Shown here in pieces: positions 1-14,000 of a DNA stretch of 64,000 nt. Every line of letters starts with the position of its first letter. Position 1 is the first letter of the stretch. Below the pieces are notes generated by a model. That model was not told the DNA's origin. It saw nothing but the letters and a program-made list of their open reading frames with translations, and made no database searches. The translations under genes and the position numbers were made by a program. Location of the stretch: positions 10,602,001-10,666,000 of the forward strand of contig OX442314.1 in assembly GCA_949358305.1 (NCBI GenBank). The letters are read 5' to 3'. Origin of the DNA: Strigamia acuminata. Lineage: Eukaryota.

Positions 1-173
1 ATTTCGTGGCTAGGAATGACTAATGCATCAATTGTTCAAAAAGCATTGAAATTTTTAATTTATTGTCTGTGTGGGTGTTTGTTCGATTTGGACCAGTAAA
101 GGTGAGGTGACCGCATTCGGAGCAGCGAACTAGCCGTCCAGCATTAATAATTCTGTTAGATACATTAGTCAGC

Positions 174-792
174 TAGGGTTTCTCTACCGGTAAATACCGG
201 TATCATAAACCGGTATTTGTCAAGTAAATACCAAATACCGAATACCGTCTTTAATTCGGTATTGGTACCGGTTTTTTCCATTAGGTGTCACTGCAATAGT
301 GACATTTATAACGCATGTTGAATGAGAATTTTTCACATTACAACAAAAAATTATCGATTTTTTAGCTTAAAAATGAAAATTATTGATTTTTTTTAACTTA
401 AAAATGAAAATTATCGATTTTTTAACTTAAAAATCTAAATTTTTTTGATTTTTTAACTTCCAAATAAGAATTTACCGAATTTCTTAACTTAAAAAATCTT
501 ATAAACTCAATTTGTCAATTAAAAAAAAAAGAATTCTTAATTTCAACTAATAAAACCAACACCTGATAACAAAACAATCCCACATTCATCAAACTTCTAC
601 AACACATTGAAAATAATATTTAAAAAAAAATAAACAAAAATTACAATTAAAACATTACGATTAAAATAAAAGTATTTTAAATTAGCTATTTTATTTTACT
701 TAATAACCGAAAAAATACCGATTTACCGGTTTTTTGAATATTAAATACCGAAATACCGGTTTTTCCAAAAGCCCCGATTTTGAGAAACCCTA
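174..792. mobile_element. hAT-like MITE with TAGGGTTTCTC TIRs, ATACCG sub-terminal repeats and an internal ~30-bp tandem array
   Basis: TAGGGTTTCTC at 174 and GAGAAACCCTA ending at 792. No 8-bp TSD seen. Confidence 0.7.
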
Positions 793-2207
793 GCACTTCT
801 GATCGCAAAGATTTCTGAAGAGCCTGTAGTTTGAAAATATGCGACATACAAATGTGACACACATACCACCTGTTGTTGCAATATTACAACTTTGCCAACG
901 AATGGCAAATGTTGGAAAATCATGATATAATGCCCTTTGGCTCCGCCCACAATAATGTGACGTTATTTTTTGTGCATTTTATCTATAGCTGGCAGATGTA
1001 GAGTCCTAAGTATTGTGTAAGCATACAGCGATAGGCTTTTGTCTTTTTGGTTTTGCCGATATTTGTATTGTGTAGTAAATATTCTATCAATATATACTTT
1101 TCTTCTGCTTAAACGTATTTTATTTTGGATGAATGACTAACAACAACATGAATTTCCACTCTGATCAGCATGATTCAGTAATGAGTGCATGCTAGCATAA
1201 AGAAGCAGACGTGAATTTTTTATCCTGCAAGCAACAGAGCACAGAAATACAATAAAGCCTTGCATCCATGTACGTGAATTTTCCGGAAAAAGAAAAACCG
1301 ACAAAGTGAGGAAACTTCAACTTTCAGACCCGCCACCGCAGAAATATATTTAGTTCATGCCGCGCCGAAAATTTAATTTTAACTACCGGTATATTACTTT
1401 TTACGGTAGATTTATTCGAGGACAAGAAAAAAAATCAGAAACGACGACAAATAATTAAACTAGAAAAAAAAGTAGAAATATTAAATATTTAGAAATGGCC
1501 CTTTTTTAGTAGAAAAATGCACTATCAAGCAAAAAAAAATGCATTTGCAGACAGAATACATTTTCAGATAAAGAAATTGCAATTTCAGGTACAAAAAAAC
1601 GCATTCCTAGAAAAAAATAATACATTTTTGGAAAAAATAATGCTATTTTGCATTCTGATGTTAAAAAAACATTTTGTACGTGTACCGGGGGCCCAAAAGA
1701 ACCTAAAGAACCCCTGGCCTTCCCTTAATCCCACCTTGACTGGTAGGCCGCTTACACGCCTGGGCCGCAGCTCTTCTAGGGGCAGAAATTCACAAAAACT
1801 CTTCATTTCCATCTGAATCTATAAAAATAAAATCTAAATTTTTTATTGCGCTTCCTGGCCTCCAAATGCATGATCCCCTTCTGCTGAGACGTAAACAAGC
1901 TCTTAATTTATTATACATAAAGCAATTGAACTGACATTCGGCTCCTAGTCCTAGACCTAATCCATATGTATGCAACTCTATTACAACTTTGTTGTTTGAT
2001 TTACCGTCCAAGACATGTTGCCGAAAAAAAAAATAGAGTCTGTTTTCCTTCGAATGCTGTTGGTAATGTCCCTTCTCTCTAGATAGCCTAACATTCTTGT
2101 TAGCGCTTCCCAAAATACTTCGCACCAAGATTCTTCTGGGCCAAGTGCATTGCATTGCAGGCAAGTGATACAAACATTCGAGTACTTCTATGTTGCAGCA
2201 CACTTAC

Positions 2208-2637
2208 TATACTCGAGTTGCACTCAAAAAGGCACCTCACAATGTGTACTCCCATTGGTCGAGCCAGTTTACTGGTGTAGTGATCCGGAAAAGTATACCC
2301 AAACACCAAAATTGCATTACAATGTACAGACATTGTAATCGATTGCCTGGGCAACGGCCTAAAATTCAAATTTCCAGACGATGTAAGCAATAAACACGAC
2401 AAACATGAGTTTGACATATTTTAATGTGTAAAACTTCATTTTAATGATGGAAATAAGATTTTTTATTTAATAATATCAAAATAACATTAACTAAACTAGT
2501 CATAACAATCACAACAATAAATAAAAATCAAAACTACTTCTCCTAGTAGTAGTATACAGTCTGGAGTTAGTAGTAAACTGGCTCGACCAATGGGAGTACA
2601 CATTGTGAGGTGCCTTTTTGAGTGCAACTCGAGTATA
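2208..2637 (+). mobile_element. MITE family A (TATACTC termini), copy with perfect 66-bp TIRs
   Basis: 2208-2273 is the exact reverse complement of 2572-2637 (count includes the terminal TA). TA-type ends suggest a Tc1/mariner-like element. Confidence 0.9.
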
Positions 2638-3801
2638 CTGTGCCTCCTCTGTATCTTTTCTCTGGTGACAACTTGGCTTACAAGACTGCGTTCCAGTTAA
2701 GCTTAGATAGTGTGAGAAACAAACTGCAACCGTCATCATGATACTAATACCACAAACATCGTCTCCTTCTGTCACCCCAAAAGCTGTTAACCACAATCTC
2801 TGCACAATTAATGCTTAATGATGGTTTAAAAGTTTAAAATTTTTATCTGTGGCATTTTCTCTCATAAAACTGTTGATAATCCACTCACTTCAATTTTTTT
2901 CTGGCAATGACCCCACCATGACCTAACCACACAGCAATGCTGTGCCTGCTGTTGCCATTGTAGCTACACTTTAGTTGCTTCTAATTCTATCTGTAATCTG
3001 AGGAAACCGTTGAGCCAAATTAACGTAGTAATAGCACATAGCCACCTTCAAGAGAATGCAATTATTATGATTCCTTAGGTGAAAATTTTAATGATCAACT
3101 TATTAAGCTCAATTTTTAGTTAATAGTGGCTGCTCCATTTACTTTCCATTATAATGCCCAGCCATTAAGACTAAAAGAGTAATGAACAAATCACAAGCCT
3201 AAAGTAGAAACTTTTTTTCTTACAATATTTTGTAAACATAAAGACCAAGCACAAATTTCTTCACAAATTTAAAGTGAAAAATTGCACTTTTGAGTGAAAA
3301 AAATTAATTATTGACAAAACAGTGTTTATCTTTTTAAACACGCACAATGAGTGATAGGTCTGAGCTGCAAACGCTTGGGCTCCTAGGGACGTACCTAATG
3401 AGCTCAATGGGCAATCCACCACTATCTATTATCAATTATCACGCTACTATAAATAGATAATGATGAGAAGAAGTGCCATTACCAGCATTAGCTATGCTGT
3501 GATGTGTGTTCCTTTATACTATGCTCAACCTACTATGTAAGTTTATTGCTAACAAGGATAATTTGTCAAAGCTGCAATGTTTAGAGGCAGCTTTAACACA
3601 CGCAAAGCACTAAGCAAACAAGGCTGCTTTATATAAATTTACATTATGTAAGTCGTAGTAACACAAAGATTTGGCTACGGTCTTCACTGCAATTCACAAG
3701 CGGCCTAGATTGCTTATGTGTTGTATCGCTGCCCTTAATTACAACAAAAGCCAATTTCTCAGGTATCAGATTCATGCAGAATAACATGATTCTAATACTA
3801 A

Positions 3802-4190
3802 TGCCTAGTTCACACTTAAACCACTTTTGTAGAAGTCATGACTTTCAGAAAGTCTCATTTCTACAGGTGGAAACACAAGGGAGCGAGTAAAATTCCAAAG
3901 CTTGCTAGTACAAGTTTAAAGAGGGAGTCATTTACAAGCTCACTTGACCCGCTTTTGGCTTACCAGCTTAACTGGCAAGCTCAAGCTAGCTAGGTAGCTA
4001 TCCAGAAATTCCCAGAACAATAAGCCTGTCACATGTCACGTGAATAGATTAAGGGCGTGTTTTAAAGTTACCTCTCCTAGAAAATTCGCCATTTTGTTCT
4101 GAGTTGTGGAAAACAAGACCAAGTGTGAACACAATAGTATCTAAACCTTCGATGGTTATGTAGAAAAGTGTTATAAGTGTGAATAAAGCA
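3802..4190. mobile_element. PIF/Harbinger (Tourist)-like MITE
   Basis: Imperfect ~30-bp TIRs tgcctagttcacactta / taagtgtgaataaagca, flanked by TAA and TTA. Confidence 0.65.
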
Positions 4191-4200
4191 TTAGTCCGAC

Positions 4201-4370
4201 GTCCGATAAAGATGTCACAGGTCCGTTCAGTTCAAATCCAAAACTGTTGATTATTTATTCCTGTCAAGCAACTGAGGAAAACTGTTAGAAGACTGAACAT
4301 GGCATCCAATAAAGATGTCTCGCCTATTCAGTTCAAATCCAAAACTGTTTATTATTTATTCCTGTCTATC
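4201..4370. repeat. Local direct duplication (~70 bp, period ~100 bp)
   Basis: ataaagatgtc...ttcagttcaaatccaaaactgtt.attatttattcctgtc occurs twice. Confidence 0.8.
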
Positions 4371-5199
4371 AAGTGGGGACAATGTGGAAAAAAGCTGCAA
4401 CAGTCATCAAAAAAATATGTTTCTGCAATATTGGATATAACCTTTAACAATCTTGTTCAACTTTTGTTCTTGCAACAAGCAAATCAATGCTCACTGTAGA
4501 AATTTAGCTGACCCTACAACAAGAACATAGGAATTTGATGACGTCAGTTAAGTGTTCTCCTGGGACCGTTTCCTTCTCCCAGCAGAGCCAACTTAGGCAA
4601 ACTAGTCACGTGCCTGGACTCTCATCAGTTAACTACTACAAGGATTTAATTTCAACGAAAATTAATTCCGCAATAAACGTTAAGTCCTGAGTGCATAGAA
4701 TACTGTCATTCTGAGATTCACTTAAAGAGTGTCCTGCATACAACTAACCACTTTATCACAACCGTTTGACAACTTAAGCTAGGGTCACACTTGTGTCCAC
4801 AACAGATGCAACGCAAGAAAACTGAGGCAATGCAAGCTGCTTGCGTCCAAAAATTCTTGACGTTGACGCCAATTCCTGCTTCAACTCCAAGTTGAAGTAA
4901 GCGACGCAATGCAACGAAAGGTCTTGCGGCCAACCAATCACGATCAACTCCAACTCTCGTCGATTCACGTCTGGTTGGCGAAACTTAGCCACGTGCAAAC
5001 AAGTCGCCATTTTCGGATTCTGGAACTAGTTCTAGAACTAGATCCAATTCCAGGTTTCATTGAAACCATCTGATTGGCCAGACGCAACATCAATTGTTTC
5101 AGCTCTGTTCACAAGTGCCCTACAGTTTGAACAGACTGCGTTGCGTGTGAACGATATAAACAGACACCCAGCACGGGGCCGCATAATGTCATATCGTAC

Positions 5200-5436
5200 C
5201 GATTTCGGCAACAACACAGCACCAGTAATGACTAATGATTCAATAACTTGAAAATCATAATTCAGCTTTGGAATTTTGAATTTATCGTCTGTTTCCTTGG
5301 TAGTTTGATTTGTTTTGCTATGTTTCGCTTTGTGCGACCCAGTTAAGGTGCGGTGAGCGCAAACTTATCGCGTGGATGGTGATTTTCAAGTTATTGAATC
5401 ATTAGTCACTCCTGGTCACTGTTGTTGCCTAAATCG
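5200..5436. mobile_element. MITE with ~58-bp imperfect TIRs; decayed relative at 1-172
   Basis: tgactaatgattcaataacttgaaaatca is inverted as tgattttcaagttattgaatcattagtca. Confidence 0.75.
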
Positions 5437-5517
5437 AATATAAACTGCTAAACGCACACGGGCCCATTGACTTCTTGCTATGTCACTGAAAAATATGGTA
5501 ATTTAAGATTTACTTAC

Positions 5518-5562
5518 TTTTAAAGCGTAACATGTATCCTGATTTAACCTGCTTCGCCATAC
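5518..5562 (-). CDS. 45-nt coding exon (G)MAKQVKSGYMLRFK, PH-domain beta-1 strand, PLEKHB/evectin-like
   Basis: Near-consensus acceptor ttttttttctaatttacttacag and donor AAA|GTAAGTA, phase 1-1. VKSGYMLR resembles the PH-domain opening motif (evectin-2 begins MAFVKSGWLLR). No further exon found in 1-5517. Confidence 0.75.
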
Positions 5563-6325
5563 CTGTAAGTAAATTAGAAAAAAAAATCAAAATTAGAAGA
5601 TGAGTTAGTTATACACTTGAAATATTTAAATGAATTCTGTTGGGGTATTCAGAATGACAAAATACTACTCAACACTATGCATTTGCTTCCCAATTACAAT
5701 TTGACAATTCAAATGACATGTAGACTTGAATTAGAATGAAAAGCAATTCCTAACGTGTTGATTTTAATTATCGCAGCTCACGTGCTCTGCTGATTGCTGA
5801 TTGACCAGGGCTACATCTGGGAGACTTTTCTCTCATATTGGAACTGGGGAATCAGAGCCAGGAAGTAATAAACCTACCATGCATCAACATACATTTGGTT
5901 CACCTAACCTATTGACTTTAAACTTAAGGTTACAATTACTCTCTGGTGTTGGAACGACGCATTAAAGTAGCAGTCCTCAAACAGTGCTCGTCGACAGAAA
6001 CAGCCAGTGACGGTTTTAAGGATAGGCGAGCTAGGCTTTTGGACACCTGTTTTTTCATTTATTGTTGATATTTTAAATAAATATTATTGAATCAGTCTGA
6101 AAATTTAATCAGACATTACTTGAGTGGTATATTTAGCAATCCTAAACAGAAAATTAAATCAAAATATTGGAAGTTAATTTTTTTGAAAGTTTTTGTCACT
6201 CCACAGACTTTTTGGACGCACCTTAGCACTATAAATATTTGTTGCAAATACAATCAATATACAAATAGCAATATAAATAATTATAACATTTCTTAGTGAA
6301 GAAAGCTAACGACGTTTTTTTTTAA

Positions 6326-6564
6326 CCCTCCCCGCCCCAACTTAGAGTCAATTCTAACCTCCAAATGTGTTTTTATTTTTTTTCTCGAAAACTAACAGCA
6401 TTTTCTTCCGGAAATTTCATGTATTTTCTTTAAACATCATAACAAACAATAAAAAAAATAATACCAAGTTGGTTAAATTTCTTCATAAACATGAAATAGT
6501 CATAGAATAGAATCATTTTCATACATTTTTGGGTAAAAAATGACCCGGGTTGAGTGAGTAAGGG
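6326..6564. mobile_element. Decayed piggyBac-like MITE
   Basis: TTAA-CCCT left end and AGGG-TT right end, with weak sub-terminal inverted repeats. Confidence 0.4.
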
Positions 6565-7179
6565 TTCTTTTTTAAGGTTGGTACTGCTAGTGTTAATGGG
6601 TGCTCCATTTCAGCATCTTTTACAGTGGGTGGTGGTGGTTTTGCACCTCAGAGATGCTAAAACCACCACTAGTCAGTAGTCACAGCCAGAGGCTCCCATT
6701 AGGCAGGCCTGCTTCTAGAATAAACTTTGTGCAATGCTTACAACACATACAAACTGCAGTGCTAATTCACTAATTTAATTTAATTTAATTTAATTTGATA
6801 ACAAATAAAGATAGGCGCAACGCATACAGTCACCGGGCCACTTGGGCACCACATAAATTTTTATGCACGTAAAGGGTTCCGGAGCTAAAAAAGTTTAAAA
6901 ATCGCTGCACTAAAGTTATACAAAGCGCTGCAGCAGATTTTTGCACGGAAAGTACTACTTCCAATTTTAGCAGAACTCTGCAATCCCGCATAATCCACCA
7001 CTTATATATTACTTATTAAATAAAGGGTTTCCTTTAGTAATAAGAACATGTAAAAAGGAAAAACACAAGATACTGCATGTTAACTTTACATTATATTAAT
7101 GAAATTACGATTTCCCTATGTGCAATGGGGGCCATCAGCTGGCCAAGACCTGGCTCACAAAGGGGCGGAAAAATTTCAT

Positions 7180-7350
7180 TTTTTCGACCAAAAATTAATT
7201 TTTTTGACCAAAGATTAATTTTTTTGACCGGAAATTAATTTTTTCGACCGAAAATTAATTTTTTTGACCGAAAATTAATTTTTTCGACCGAAAATTAATT
7301 TTTTCGACCAAAAATTAACTTTTTCAACCAAAAATTAATTTTTTCGAAAA
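7180..7350. repeat. Minisatellite, 20-bp unit GACCGAAAATTAATTTTTTC, about 8 copies
   Basis: Direct tandem copies, no spacers. Confidence 0.9.
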
Positions 7351-8829
7351 TAAATTTACTTTTTGTGTGAAAAATTGCACAAAATGGCCACTCCCTTTCT
7401 GGATTCGTTCCTGGATTAATAAAAGCAAAATATTTTACCAAGAAACTAAAAATCTCTTGACTCGCATCAAAAAAGTTTTTAGCAAATTCCCACCAAGTTC
7501 TTATTGTTAGGCATCAAACTTTTAATTAAAATTAGTCAAAAAATAATGAAATTATTGACTAGGGAGTCAAAATTGATCGAGTTTTCATCCTTAAAACCAA
7601 CTTTAAAATCTCATGCCATTAATGTAATCTGACAGGTTTCACTGACCTAATTAACATGTTTCTAATGTGGTGTATAAAATGTGAAGCCAATGCTCACGTG
7701 ATGTAATCATAATTTAATGTTTTTTAAATCCCCCCCCCCCCCAAAAAAAAATGAATTTTTATATTTAAAAACAAAAGACAGAAAAAAAGGAAATAAATTT
7801 TGCAAACAAAAAAAAAAAAAAAAAAAAAAAGGAAAAAAAAAATTGGAAAACGAGAAAAATCTCTATTGTTAAATCGCCAATTTCTCCTTTCCTTCTTGCC
7901 AGTTCCTCTAACCCAAATTTGACTGCATGGAAAACAAGATAAAATCGGATCAACTCATCACGCATGGCTGAACAACATCCCAACCTCATGGAAATCAATA
8001 GGACAAATCAATAACTGCTGATTGAAGGACGAACCAATTGCACCCAAGAAGAGTTCCATCACACCAAAGAGAAACAATCAACGAAATGCGCACGCGCCAG
8101 CCAATAAAAACACTGCACTAAGTAAATTGAAAAATAAAACAATGACTTGCCAAAATATCAAAACTAAGTGATTTAAAAAAAAATAATAATAATTTTTTTT
8201 TTTCAAAATTTAAATTTCTAAAATTTAAAAAATTTAAAAAAATTAAACTTTTTTTTTTATTGCGTCGACCTTCAACCGTTTGAAAGTCATCGTCGTTTCG
8301 TTTCGTTTCGTCTGAGATGCCAACTCGGTCATCTCCCACTCCACTTGGCGCTTAAGCCTCAATCCGAGCCGATCCAGGTGGTCGTTTATCAAGATCAATT
8401 CACTTTCTACAACACTAGTCTTAAGGATCAAACCGTCTCGCATCCCCAAAGAAAGAGTGGAATCTTAATCGCAACGGTGGCTATTAACCTTCAAATTTAA
8501 TCCCAACTTTCGGTCACGTAAAGAAGTTTAAAAAACAACACGTTCGAATAGCTAGCGAATAAAATCCATCACCTCATTCAAATGTCTGGAAAAGAAACCG
8601 TCTCGCCGATTGATTTCTTTCCAACGACGCATTTGCCGGTCTTCCAAGATATTTACACAACAAGAGCAATTCCCCACTTGTGGTTCTCGGACAATGTGGC
8701 TGGTTACAAGACGGTCCTTGTAATGCAAACCACTATCTCTTTTCGTAAAACTTTGTTTATTACAATTTACAATCAAGTTAGAACGGCTTTTCCAAAACTG
8801 TAATTTGTAATTCAATGGTCTACGGCATT

Positions 8830-9125
8830 CAAAAATCTACAAAAACCATCCAAAAATCTACAAAAACCATCTAAAAATCTACAAAAACCATCCAAAAATC
8901 TACAAAAACCATCCAAAAATCTCTCAAAATCTACAAAAACCATCCAAAAATCTCTCAAAATCTACAAAAACCATCCAAAATCTACAAAAACCATCCAAAA
9001 TCTACAAAAACCATCCAAAAATGTACAAAAACCATCCAAAATCTACAAAAACAATCCAAAAATCTCTCAAAATCTACAAAAACCATCTAAAATTCTCCTA
9101 AAACTTCCAAAAACCAGCCAAAACT
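8830..9125. repeat. Minisatellite, 20-21-bp unit AAAAATCTACAAAAACCATCC
   Basis: Direct tandem copies with variants. Confidence 0.9.
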
Positions 9126-10142
9126 CCCTAAAACGGAGGTTTGTAGCTATTGTAATTCCCCAAAGTGATGAATTTTGTAGGATGAAAAAATAGTAACAAT
9201 CTGTCGTAGTTCATTTTAAAAAAATTTAATGCACCGATGATGAACTGGAGCGCGGAAGCTCGCCTGTCTTAAAAATGGGTCGCAATGCTAAAAAGTTTGA
9301 GAACCCCTAGTCTACACGGTTGTCCAACAATGTCCTCGCATAATAATCCTAATAATTTTAATGCTGTTTGGTGTCCAATGAGAACAAACACTAGAATCTA
9401 AAAAAACATTTTCAAAACGAATATTGATAAAATATTGCAAGTATATACACTCTCATCTCGGAGCTATATTGTCTCGATATCAAAATCCAATTTGTACATC
9501 AATCGGATGTAGTTTCAAGAAATATATTTTTTTTAATGAATTTTAATACAAATAAATAATAGTGGAACTCAATTGGAAATCTTACAATCTCACAATGGAC
9601 TCAACTTGGTAAGAAAGAAAGGCTAGCCGGTTGGCATTTCGAGTTTCTCCATAGTCTCAATATTCAATCTAGGTGAGTTGTGCTGCTTTGCAAGATACGT
9701 GTTTTCTTCAAGTCGGCAGTTTCCAACGCGCCACTGCATCAATAATTTAAACAGTTATGCCACACAAGTGAAAGCATTCCATCTAATTTAATAAATCCAC
9801 AGTCCAAAATCACTATTCTGAGCATGTCCACAAAACTTTTGCCAAAATCAACATTTTCCCACAGTTTCTCTGCATTCTAAATGCCATTTACTAGTACAAT
9901 AAACCACGTTTTAAAACAAAGCAGATTTTTTAACTGTTTAAACTCCAAACTTTGAATGTACATTTAACATTCATTTGATCTGGTCCGATGGAGACCCCAT
10001 AGGCATCCACTGAGCCCTGCTGTAGTGGTCTTAGAATTTCGAAGTTTACATTACCGAGGTGTAGGAATTAGGAATGTTGAGTGTTTATTTTACCTTTTAT
10101 TTATTGTAAATATTGTCACTTTTCTATTATTAAATCAATGTT

Positions 10143-10638
10143 AATAGAGAGTTTGCGGAATGCATTTTTCCCTTATTTTGTGCCACGTTACACTATTTTA
10201 GTGCCATATCGTAAAGGAAAAATCTTTAGTGTATTGTTTTCAACACTAAATTAAAATATAGCGCAGCCAATCAGAATTGAGAACTATATTGTTAGCTCCG
10301 CCCATTGCAAATGGCGATTATTTTGTTGTCCCGATCAAACACATCACAGTCATAGGTACGTAGATTGAATGATAAGTGAGGCCCTAAATTGAATTTTAGG
10401 CCCAAAACCATACTTTGTAGACATAATAATGGAATTTTATCCAGAAATTTGCACATTTACGCCCCCAAATTGAATTTTTAGGCTCAAAATTACTAACTGT
10501 CAACAGTTGGCTGAAATAGTGTAGTGATAAGGGAAAAATGCAACCCGCAAAAACTGAATTTATCATTTTTCCCTTACACTATTTTCATACCGTATAGTCT
10601 TTAACTGTAAGGGAAAAATGCATCCCGCAAACTCTATT
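10143..10638 (+). mobile_element. MITE family B (AAT-AGAG...CTCT-ATT ends)
   Basis: TIR agagtttgcgg.atgcatttttccctta at both ends. A highly similar second copy lies at 42507-42948. Confidence 0.9.
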
Positions 10639-10956
10639 GTTATTTGAAGAAACTCTTATAATTTGAGTTGAGTAAAGTATTTCCCATGATACACCCGCAT
10701 TGCTCAATCGGATTGTACATCACACATCTACCAGGTGGCATAAAAATCCATTGTGATTCAATGACGTCAGTCTTGGTCCAGTCTCTGTCTTGACCACAGG
10801 ATTAAAAAAAATATACTGGGCAAATGCTAATGTCATTAAATCTTAAAGGTTCTTTGCGGCTCCTTGAGGACAAACTTAAAGCCTCGATGTATTGCAGCAA
10901 AGTTTATTTTGTCCACAGGTGTACATGCACTCAAAACAACACGTACTAAACAATAT

Positions 10957-11049
10957 TTTCCACTTCTCGAATGCTTTATCATGTGTTGGTCCCCAATCGA
11001 ATTTCCCATCCTTCTTCAAGTTGACGCGAAGTTTGGTTAAGTTCGCGAA
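10957..11049 (-). mobile_element. Relic of Ty3/Gypsy pol (RT thumb/connection region)
   Basis: FANLTKLRVNLKKDGKFDWGPTHDKAFEKWK fits the pattern F..l..PL..LlkKd.kF.W...h..AF..lK. No LTRs or other domains nearby. Confidence 0.55.
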
Positions 11050-14000
11050 ACTTGCGGTACTACGAACATAAACCAAAACTATGGGATCTCATACGATCCA
11101 TCCGAAAACGATGTTTACAAAATAAGAAACTGATAGAAATCAAACATTAGAGTAAACATCGAGTATTAAAGACAATCAAATGATCTCGGGGAACAAAAAG
11201 GCCAACAAAACTCACTTTTGTTGTTCCAATTGCGTCAAGAATATGCATCTAAACCGCTTTTAAAAAGACGCATACGACTTTCCAAAGGCAAGCCACCTTT
11301 TACTGTCAGATTTTGGCACGTATGACCTCCAGTTGTCGCTGCAAACCCTATCTCACTCCACTCCACCATCACAACTTGCACAAATCTAAATATTCATACC
11401 CACTTTCATCTCTTATCTCTCCTGACCCTCTTCCCTCTCCACGCACCCAAAACTAAGAAATTTAATGGAACATACCATTAATTCAAACTATCATCAGTGA
11501 ACAAATTATTCATTCAAGCACATGAAAGCTTTCGCTTGTAGGGTCAAACAAACTTGCCAATCCTCTCCTGCTTCATTTCCCCTTTTCTGTCACCAACTGC
11601 ATACAACCACCTCAATCAAGCCAACACAAAAAAAGGAAATTACCAAAAAAAAATAAAAAAAAAAAAAAAAAAAATGGCAGAGCAAATTCGTTCTTTGCTC
11701 CTTTTCTTCCAGGTGAGCGATTCAGCTCGACACACTGAGGACCAAAAGGGCAATATCCGGGACTAGAGTGTCACATCTCACTGTCAAACTGGACCCGGAT
11801 GAAGAATGGGACGCGCACTCCGGTGTCTTATCAATCCCACGCTTGGCTGCCGCGCACGCCCATCTGTGGCGCTCGTCTAACTACATTGGCGCGTCAAATA
11901 AATAAATTCATTTAAATTTGCAAAAGATGGAGTAGTTTAAACGCGATCATTTGTACGGACAATTGATCCAGTGCACACATCAATCAGACGTCTGCTCGTG
12001 TAATCAGAGCCAATTAGAGGAGGGCAAAGAGACGCACGTCCCTTCACGCACCAGCGCTGACGTCAATTGCCACTCTGGCGACATCTTGAATGGCACACGT
12101 GACCACTTGCCACCACCATATCGACTGTATCAATTAAATTTATCTGCCCCTTGCGTTAGTTTTACGAACTCGGACAGGAAAAGCACTTTAATCGATCATG
12201 TTAGACGCTGGCAGGGCGGGGAAGGTGGAGCGCGCAAGAAACAACCGTTCGTCCAATTACAAACACTTTCCCCATTTGCACACACGAGAAACAATTGAAG
12301 ATAATGGAACATGCAGTTTTGTTGCTATGGTTACTATTATGTGCATAACAACTGTTACGAATTGTAAATCGCACAATAACGTATGTTTGCCAACCAATGT
12401 TTACATACTACACAATAAATCAACGAGTAGGCCTGAAAAACCTTTTCTCTCGACCCGATATTAACAATTATAATGTATTATCGATATAAATTCACTGAAT
12501 ATTATTGTAACTACGTACACAATAGTTAGGACTTGCTTCAAAAGCATCCTGCATGTTGCATGTGTTTCGCACTCAATTTTACAGGTCGCGGAGGATCGAC
12601 CAATAGGAATTGACGTGTTTAAAACATGTATTGTGTACGGAATGTGCGCTGATACAAGTTTAAACGTGCGTGCAAGTGATTTTCACTTAGGCGTTGCGTT
12701 ACAAATGTCTAGGTTAATGTGCCACGCATGATTATCACATGATTACATTTCTGCCATCTTAAAATACTCAACACGCTGTTTGCAGCTATTATTGCATCTG
12801 ATGTGATGATGCCGTTGCATTCAAGCGCACGGTGCATTCTAAGCTTCTGTTTATGTGGTTTCTGGTGCTTGCAGAAATGACAAAACAAAAGAAAATCATT
12901 AGGTGCATCCAAAGTTTATGTTTCGGTGGTTTTTAGGTGTTTTTTTTTTATAAGCAGCAAAAACAGAAGGCCAAAAAATTGCCTAACTGTTAATATAAGC
13001 CTTTTTATAATGTAGTTTTTGGGCCAAAACACATTTTTGAATTATACCAAAAACAGCACAAAAAAAAAAAATTTTGAACTCACCGACAAACACCGAAATA
13101 AGAATAATTCAAACAAACAAATAACATTTCCTTTATTCAGCCACAAATTAACCAATCAATACTCCAAATCGCCCCAATCACACACATCCTTGTTTAAAAA
13201 AAAACAAATTGCAATACAAGAATGCACGGAATGCACAATTCTTTCGCTTTGGCATCCACTCAACCATCCCCAGTTGCGTATACCCTTACAATTCCATTTC
13301 AACTAAAATAATTCTTCAAAAGGATCGAGCAAATTCCTTTCCAACGTTCGGACTGACAGCTTGCACGGCCGCGATGCGGGTTCCATACAGACACAGCCCG
13401 CCTGTCCACCCACATGTCACGAATAGAACAACACATCTTTAATTTAATCGTCACAAAGAAAAGCAAAGAGTTGATCTCAGTGACCCCGCTGGGCCATTTC
13501 TTTCAACCCTTTACGTCCAACATGACGCGAGTTGTGCGCCCAAGAGAAATATAAATAAGCAAGTGGAGAAAGGAAAGAACGAGGTCAACGAAAAAGACAG
13601 GTTTAAACTTTTAAATTGACATTCAAGAGTGTCAGAATTGCAATAGCAAATGAAGACAGCCCACGCTGGCAGACGAAACAAAGAAATGGAAAAATGGCGC
13701 CCTTCGGTTGTCCAGTTGTCCGCAAACCAATCTTTTTTACTTTACCGGCTAAAGGTCTTCACATGCGGGCATGTGAGTCGACTGTCTCGTGAGAAAAACC
13801 GAGGAAAGAGTCATCTGTCAATGTCAAAGTCACTGCTGTTGCTGGACCCTCATCTCAGTTTAAGACGTCGAGTTAAAGAGAGAAATGTTGTAGTCGGGAA
13901 GGGAAAAAAAAGGGCAAAATCTCACTATCTCAACATTTTATTGTCCGTATTTTTTTTTTATGGTTTTGGGTTTTTATATTTTTTCTTCGCATTTCGATAC

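Noticed and set aside
1755..1820. Strong minus-strand acceptor (ttttatttttatag) as exon 3 of the PH gene
   Set aside because: In the required phase it reads NSDGNEEFL-stop and does not continue a PH domain.
4560..4630. Hammerhead core CTGATGA...GAAA on the minus strand
   Set aside because: No stem II closing next to GAAA and no stems I/III.
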